A stretch of 59,380 nt of DNA, taken from positions 1 through 59,380 of IMG/VR virus record IMGVR_UViG_3300046010_007017; one strand, given 5' to 3'. The stretch's first letter is position 1. Each line of letters starts with the position of its first letter. The position numbers and the translations under genes were made by a program. The notes under the pieces are model-generated. The model had not been told where the DNA came from and made no database searches. It saw nothing but the letters and a program-made list of their open reading frames with translations. The stretch is from a virus. Its lineage: Duplodnaviria > Caudoviricetes. Shown here one piece after another: positions 54,427 through 59,380 of the stretch.

Positions 54427-56661
54427 TTATTGAGCTTTTAGTATATCGATTTCTGCTTTTAGTTCTTGTATTGCTTTTACTAAAATTGGAACTAATTTAG
54501 AGTAATCAACAGATTGCATTTCTTCTGCATCTTTTTTTCCTGTTACTGCATAAGGTAGTACTTCTGCTAATTCGTGAGCAATAACTCCAAACATTCTTGT
54601 TTTATCTGACTTCCACTCATAATCATAAGTTTTAATTTTAGATATTAATCTTAATCCATTATAATCCTGAAAGTCTTGTTTTAAACGATAATCAGAAGTT
54701 GTATTATATACAGTTGAATTACCAGATGTTGCTATACTTCCTGTATTAGTAACACTTCCTGCTCCATCTGATTTATAAAAATAAATTAAACCAGTATCAA
54801 AAGTTACTCCTGTTGAAATTTGAACATATTTACCTGAATTATTTCTAAATAACACACCTCCGCCATTTAAGCTACCACCTGATACACCTGTTAAATTCCA
54901 ATACAACTCTCCACCGCTTGTGATTCTCATTCGTTCGGTAACATTTCCACTACCATTATATGTATAAAAGCCTAATGATATATCATTGTCCGCAGGGTAT
55001 ATTGCTCTAATTGCTGCAACGGGAATATTTGTAGAATCTAAAACAGCCCAATCTATTCCCCAATTATATTTTGAATTTGTTTTATTATCAAGTGTTAAAT
55101 ATGTTTGATTTGATGCAAGTGTTTTACTAATCATCAATGAGGTTGCAGGACTACTCGTTCCGATTCCAACGTTACCCCCAGATGTTATCCTCATTCTTTC
55201 GGTAGATGTCATAGGATATACAGCACCCGCAGAATATACTGTGTCGCTTGTATGAAAAGTTATTCCTTCATTATAATATTGCCTAATCATAGAGGAATAC
55301 CACCCACCATTAACAACATTTACTTGATTAGTAACTGAAGGGCTTGCAGCAACGTTGTGACCTAGAATAGTCATTTGACCTGATACTGTCTGTGTCAAAA
55401 ATCCATAGCCTGATACACTTAATCCTGAATTTCCTGTAGATAGGCTAGTTGCAGTAACTGTACTTGAGAATGTAGCAGCACCTGCATAAGCAATTTTTAA
55501 CCCATTGTTGCCATTAGGATAAATATTAATGTCGGTATCTGTACCAACGGCTGCCGTTTGCAATGTCCAAGCAGGAGTGCCACCTGCTGTTAATCTAAAG
55601 TATAATTCTTTTGCTTGTGCAGATGCGTTTTGTCCACCTAAAGTAAATATTGTTTGAATAGTATCTTGCGTAGCACCATAAATCGTACTGGCAGCGTTTG
55701 CTCTTATATTGCTTGAAAATACAGCACTTGATCCATTTAAACTTCCTGTCACCTGTAAATTACCAGGAATTCTTACAGTCGTTCCATCATCTATAATCTG
55801 CGAGCTAGTAATGTGATCGCCACCTTGCCCCTTCATCACAAAATTATTCAATGTTCCTTGTTCACTGCCTAATGCAGATGATCTTGGACCCGACATTAAC
55901 ATACCACCACTATAACTTGATCCTGATGGATTAGAGTATACCCAATGATCTCTTTCGCTATCCCACAGCATTGAACCAGTCAAGCCTGTAGATCCACTAT
56001 CGTAAACACTTAACCCACCAAACCTAATTGAAGGGGTATCTGTGTTTACAGATATAATATTAGTGCTGATATTTAATTGGGATGAAGTTATGTAGTTAAT
56101 GCTTTGAGTACCGAATACAGTTAAGTTATTAACGTATATTGTTCCGGACACATAAGCATCTTTTGTTATTCTTACACCTCCATCAGTGTACACAGATGCA
56201 GACGCTCCAAATCCATTAGGATTTATTGTGTCGGTGGTGTATTGTGTTCCTGTAAATATGTTTGATCCTGTTATTGCGAATTCGGTACTATCCTTTCCGT
56301 CTAATAAGTTTGAACTAGATGCATTAGTAGCAAACGATGAGCTTACTGCATTTTGTGCTTGAGAAGCACTTACAGCATTAGCAGCATTTAGTGCAAATGA
56401 AGCACTTGTTGCATTAGCAGCATTAGCAGCGAACGATGAACTTACTGCGTTTTGTGCTTGAGAAGCACTAGTTGCTACTTGAGCATATGATGCTGAAATA
56501 GCACTTTCTGCACTTGAACCGGATATTACTCCTGTTGTTGTAATAGCGCCTGAGGAGCTAATAGATAGTAATGTTGTATTACCGTTAACGAATGTAATAT
56601 TGCCTGATTCGGTATACTTGATTATATTATTTAAATAGCCGGTGTCACGTGTTTTGCTCAT
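54427..56661 (-). CDS. tail fibre protein C with S74 chaperone
   Basis: Shared module, ERMRITSGG repeats, TSDYRLKQD..FGVIAHE..VDYSKLVPILVKAIQEL. Confidence 0.87.
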   Translation of the reverse strand: MSKTRDTGYLNNIIKYTESGNITFVNGNTTLLSISSSGAITTTGVISGSSAESAISASYAQVATSASQAQNAVSSSFAANAANATSASFALNAANAVSASQAQNAVSSSFATNASSSNLLDGKDSTEFAITGSNIFTGTQYTTDTINPNGFGASASVYTDGGVRITKDAYVSGTIYVNNLTVFGTQSINYITSSQLNISTNIISVNTDTPSIRFGGLSVYDSGSTGLTGSMLWDSERDHWVYSNPSGSSYSGGMLMSGPRSSALGSEQGTLNNFVMKGQGGDHITSSQIIDDGTTVRIPGNLQVTGSLNGSSAVFSSNIRANAASTIYGATQDTIQTIFTLGGQNASAQAKELYFRLTAGGTPAWTLQTAAVGTDTDINIYPNGNNGLKIAYAGAATFSSTVTATSLSTGNSGLSVSGYGFLTQTVSGQMTILGHNVAASPSVTNQVNVVNGGWYSSMIRQYYNEGITFHTSDTVYSAGAVYPMTSTERMRITSGGNVGIGTSSPATSLMISKTLASNQTYLTLDNKTNSKYNWGIDWAVLDSTNIPVAAIRAIYPADNDISLGFYTYNGSGNVTERMRITSGGELYWNLTGVSGGSLNGGGVLFRNNSGKYVQISTGVTFDTGLIYFYKSDGAGSVTNTGSIATSGNSTVYNTTSDYRLKQDFQDYNGLRLISKIKTYDYEWKSDKTRMFGVIAHELAEVLPYAVTGKKDAEEMQSVDYSKLVPILVKAIQELKAEIDILKAQ

Positions 56662-56662
56662 A

Positions 56663-59380
56663 TTATATTATATTGTTGCGTTCTAATTTTTCTTGTAATG
56701 CTGTGATTAGTGTTTGTTGTTCCTTTATTGCTTCTACTAAAAGTGCTGCCCAAGATGAAGCCCAGTTATCAATACTTTTTACATTTTCTACTTCTAAATC
56801 ATCCTTTTTAAAAGTCATATTTGTTTGAAGTACAAATTCATCTAGTATACCCTCTAATTCTTGAGCAATAAATCCGTATCTTATTTTGCCTTCTTCTTCG
56901 TCTTTTAAATGAAACTTTTTACCCGTAATAGCTAAGACTTTATCTAAAGCACCTGCAATTGGTTGAATGTTATCTTTAACTCTTGAATCTGATAATGTAT
57001 CAAGTCTTGTAGCGCCGGCGTATACTGCACCTGCTACTGGGTTTAAATTTAATCTTGTGTAGCTATTGTTTTGCCATACTGATTGTAATTCACTAGTACC
57101 ATTACTGCTATCAATACCAAATAATAATTGTTTTGCATTTGACCCCTGCTCCCCCATAGTGATAACTGTGCCAGTACCGACAACATATAAAGGACTACTC
57201 ATAACTATGCTTCCATTAGAAGCAATATTAAACTGAGTGCCACTGCTGAGGCCATTTTTAGCTATAAAGAAATTATCGCTTGCTCCTGTTCCAATTTCAT
57301 ACCAAGCACCAGTACTTACTCCTCCACTTCTTCCCATTCTAAGGGCAGAAGCAGTATTACCACTATTCCAAACTATATGTGGATTAGAAATCATTATACC
57401 AGCAGCTCCACCTGCACCTATTGTAACATATTGTGTGGCTCCATCACCCCATAAATTTGTAGATGTAACTACAAATGGTCCCCAAGTACTGGTACCACTT
57501 GTATTAACTGTTAATCCTGTAAATGTTGGACCATTACCTGTTCCTAAACTTTGATTAATTGTGTATGCTGTAATATTATCAGCAACTCTAGCACTATCTA
57601 CTCTTACTCCATAAGTACTACCACCATTCCAACCCATTAATGTAGGAAAGCTAGCCTGCCAAGCATTAGTTGCATTTGTTTGACTTACACCACCACCACT
57701 TGGAGATGTTCCCTGAGAAGCATCAAATATAACGTGACCATTACCATAGTTTTTCCAAGCAAGCAAGCCGGCAACGTTGTTAATAACAGTTGAGTCATTC
57801 CAGTTGGATTGACTTCTTGCAACCACGTTACCACTTGCTGTTCCTGTTACATTACCGATAAAACCACCTAAATCCATAGTAAGACCAGATGCATTCATGG
57901 TCATTATATTTGTCCATGTTCCACCACCAGTACCACCTGTATTTCTCCAAAATTTAAACTCACCAGCTGTTGCATCTATTGCTGCATATGGTATGTTAGC
58001 TCCATTGCCATCAATACCACCCCACCATACAGAAACATTATTGGTATTACCTCTAAAAAATGTACTTCTACTTGAAGTACCTTGTCCAAGAGCATTACCA
58101 AAATCAACAGAATTTGTTCCAGCTGAAAATAATACTGTACTAGATGTTACTCCAGCAGTTCTTAAATAGCCTGGAAATTGTGTATTACCAGAGTCATCTA
58201 ATAATGTAGCTGTTCTTGCTAATGTTGTAAATTCACCTGTATATTGTCTAACGTAGATAGGTTCTGTACCATCATCTGCTGTTGCCATTTCAATAAAACC
58301 AGCATTTGAACTACCACCACCTCTAATTCTAAAAAAATCATTAGTACCTATGGTAGCAAAGACTAGGTTGCCCTCAGATCCTGCTGCTATATTTTGACTG
58401 ACTGCAGCTGCGGTGCCTGTAGATGTTATATAACCAGCACCATTAGTTAATTGGTTGTTATTTGTAACGCCGTTTGTGATTGTTACAGCCCCTGTTCCAC
58501 CACTTATTGAAATATTGGTTCCTGCTACAATAGATGTTACACCTGTATTTGCAATAGTAACAGCTCCAGAACCATTATATGAAGTTCCACTTAATCCAGT
58601 TCCTATAGTTAATGTAGCTAAATTACTACCTAAAGCAATTCCTGAAATTGTGCTGTTAGTTAATTTAGCATTAGCAACACTAGCGTTTACTAAATTAGAT
58701 CCATTTAAAGACCCTGTTAAAGCACTAGTATATATTGATCCTGTTACTTGTAAATCTCCAGGTATTCTTACAGTTGTTCCATCATCAATAATTTGAGATG
58801 ATGTAACGTGATCTCCACCTTGCCCTTTTACTATGACGTTGTTTATAGTTCCTTGTTCAGTTCCTAATGAACCACTGTTTCTAGGACCTGAAATTAGCAT
58901 TCCTGAATTGTAAGATGACCCTGAAGGGTTAGAGTATACCCAGTGGTCTCTCTCACTATCCCATAATATTGATCCTGTTAATTGTGTAGATCCACTATCA
59001 TACACAGCCAATCCACCAAATCTAATTGATGGTGTATCTGTGTTTACAGATATTATATTAGTGCTAATATTCAGTTGAGAAGAAGTAACATAGTTAATAC
59101 TTTGGGTACCGAATACAGTTAAATTGTTGACATATATCGTTCCAGACACATAGGTATCTTTAGTTACTCTCAAACCACCGTCAGTGTATATTGATGCTGA
59201 TGCTCCAAATCCATTTGGGTTTGTTGTATCTGTATTATATTGAATTCCTGTAAAAATATTTGATCCTGTTATTGCAAATTCAGTACTGTTCTTTCCGTCT
59301 AATAAATCTGCATTAGCAGCATTAGTAGCGAACGATGAGCTTACTGCGTTTTGTGCTTGTGAAGCAGATGTTGCAGTCCC
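56663..59380 (-). CDS. tail fibre protein D with S74 chaperone (5' truncated by window edge)
   Basis: Frame stays open from 59173 to 59380 (GTATSASQAQN...LLDGKNSTEF...); LSDSRVKDNI..YGFIAQE..LLVEAIKEQQ. Confidence 0.85.
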   Translation of the reverse strand, partial: GTATSASQAQNAVSSSFATNAANADLLDGKNSTEFAITGSNIFTGIQYNTDTTNPNGFGASASIYTDGGLRVTKDTYVSGTIYVNNLTVFGTQSINYVTSSQLNISTNIISVNTDTPSIRFGGLAVYDSGSTQLTGSILWDSERDHWVYSNPSGSSYNSGMLISGPRNSGSLGTEQGTINNVIVKGQGGDHVTSSQIIDDGTTVRIPGDLQVTGSIYTSALTGSLNGSNLVNASVANAKLTNSTISGIALGSNLATLTIGTGLSGTSYNGSGAVTIANTGVTSIVAGTNISISGGTGAVTITNGVTNNNQLTNGAGYITSTGTAAAVSQNIAAGSEGNLVFATIGTNDFFRIRGGGSSNAGFIEMATADDGTEPIYVRQYTGEFTTLARTATLLDDSGNTQFPGYLRTAGVTSSTVLFSAGTNSVDFGNALGQGTSSRSTFFRGNTNNVSVWWGGIDGNGANIPYAAIDATAGEFKFWRNTGGTGGGTWTNIMTMNASGLTMDLGGFIGNVTGTASGNVVARSQSNWNDSTVINNVAGLLAWKNYGNGHVIFDASQGTSPSGGGVSQTNATNAWQASFPTLMGWNGGSTYGVRVDSARVADNITAYTINQSLGTGNGPTFTGLTVNTSGTSTWGPFVVTSTNLWGDGATQYVTIGAGGAAGIMISNPHIVWNSGNTASALRMGRSGGVSTGAWYEIGTGASDNFFIAKNGLSSGTQFNIASNGSIVMSSPLYVVGTGTVITMGEQGSNAKQLLFGIDSSNGTSELQSVWQNNSYTRLNLNPVAGAVYAGATRLDTLSDSRVKDNIQPIAGALDKVLAITGKKFHLKDEEEGKIRYGFIAQELEGILDEFVLQTNMTFKKDDLEVENVKSIDNWASSWAALLVEAIKEQQTLITALQEKLERNNII

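Larger units (their letters stand above)
49822..59306 (-). repeat. four dispersed copies of a ~570-bp fibre module (~49822-50388, ~53530-54096, ~55741-56308, ~58736-59306)
   Basis: LLDGKDSTEFAITGSN...WDSERDHWVYSNPSG...IPGNLQVTGS is present in all four fibre genes. Confidence 0.92.

Noticed and set aside
995-58796. All plus-strand ORFs in the track (e.g. 1604-1879, 15537-16037, 19461-20045, 40395-40787, 47316-47672)
   Set aside because: They are antisense shadows of well-supported minus-strand genes or of low-complexity repeats, with no motifs, promoters or independent space.
48316-59380. Diversity-generating retroelement or invertible shufflon acting on the fibres
   Set aside because: No reverse transcriptase or invertase in the window; in the segments compared, differences between copies are synonymous rather than adenine-specific; all copies have the same orientation.
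1-59380. Stop-codon reassignment (as in some large Bacteroidota phages)
   Set aside because: Genes are intact in code 11, and TAG/TGA end conserved proteins at expected positions.
1-59380. tRNA, rRNA, introns, inteins, integrase or IS elements
   Set aside because: Intergenic gaps are short with no cloverleaf seen; nrdJ, helicase and recA are of uninterrupted size; no transposase or recombinase motifs recognised.

Overview
This is an AT-rich, gene-dense segment of a large contractile-tailed (T4-like architecture) bacteriophage genome, read in the standard genetic code. Essentially every real gene is on the minus strand. The host is most likely Bacteroidota: six TTTG-N20-TAnATTTA promoters, A-rich translation starts without Shine-Dalgarno sites, and a lipoprotein with a T9SS-CTD-like tail. 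From left to right: folE; an ~8 kb late-transcribed envelope/lysis cassette (beta-barrel-like protein, CsgG-like protein, lipoproteins, holin candidates, GH19 endolysin, cohesin/dockerin-like protein); the rest of a 7-deazaguanine pathway (queE, queC, queD, TGT/DpdA-like); thioredoxin and class II RNR; replication genes (helicase, 5'-3' exonuclease, RecA/UvsX, gp32-like SSB, compact PolA-like); baseplate, tape measure, tail chaperone with a hidden frameshift extension, tube, sheath, terminator and neck genes; a ~5.5 kb sulfation/glycosylation/methylation/desaturase cluster; and a tandem array of tail fibre genes sharing a near-identical ~190-aa module. The best candidates for undescribed systems are the CsgG-like/cohesin-dockerin/beta-barrel cassette fused to the lysis genes, and the putative minimal PAPS-sulfotransferase-glycosyltransferase pathway next to Ser/Thr-rich fibres. 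All calls come from motif recognition by eye; no database searches were run.
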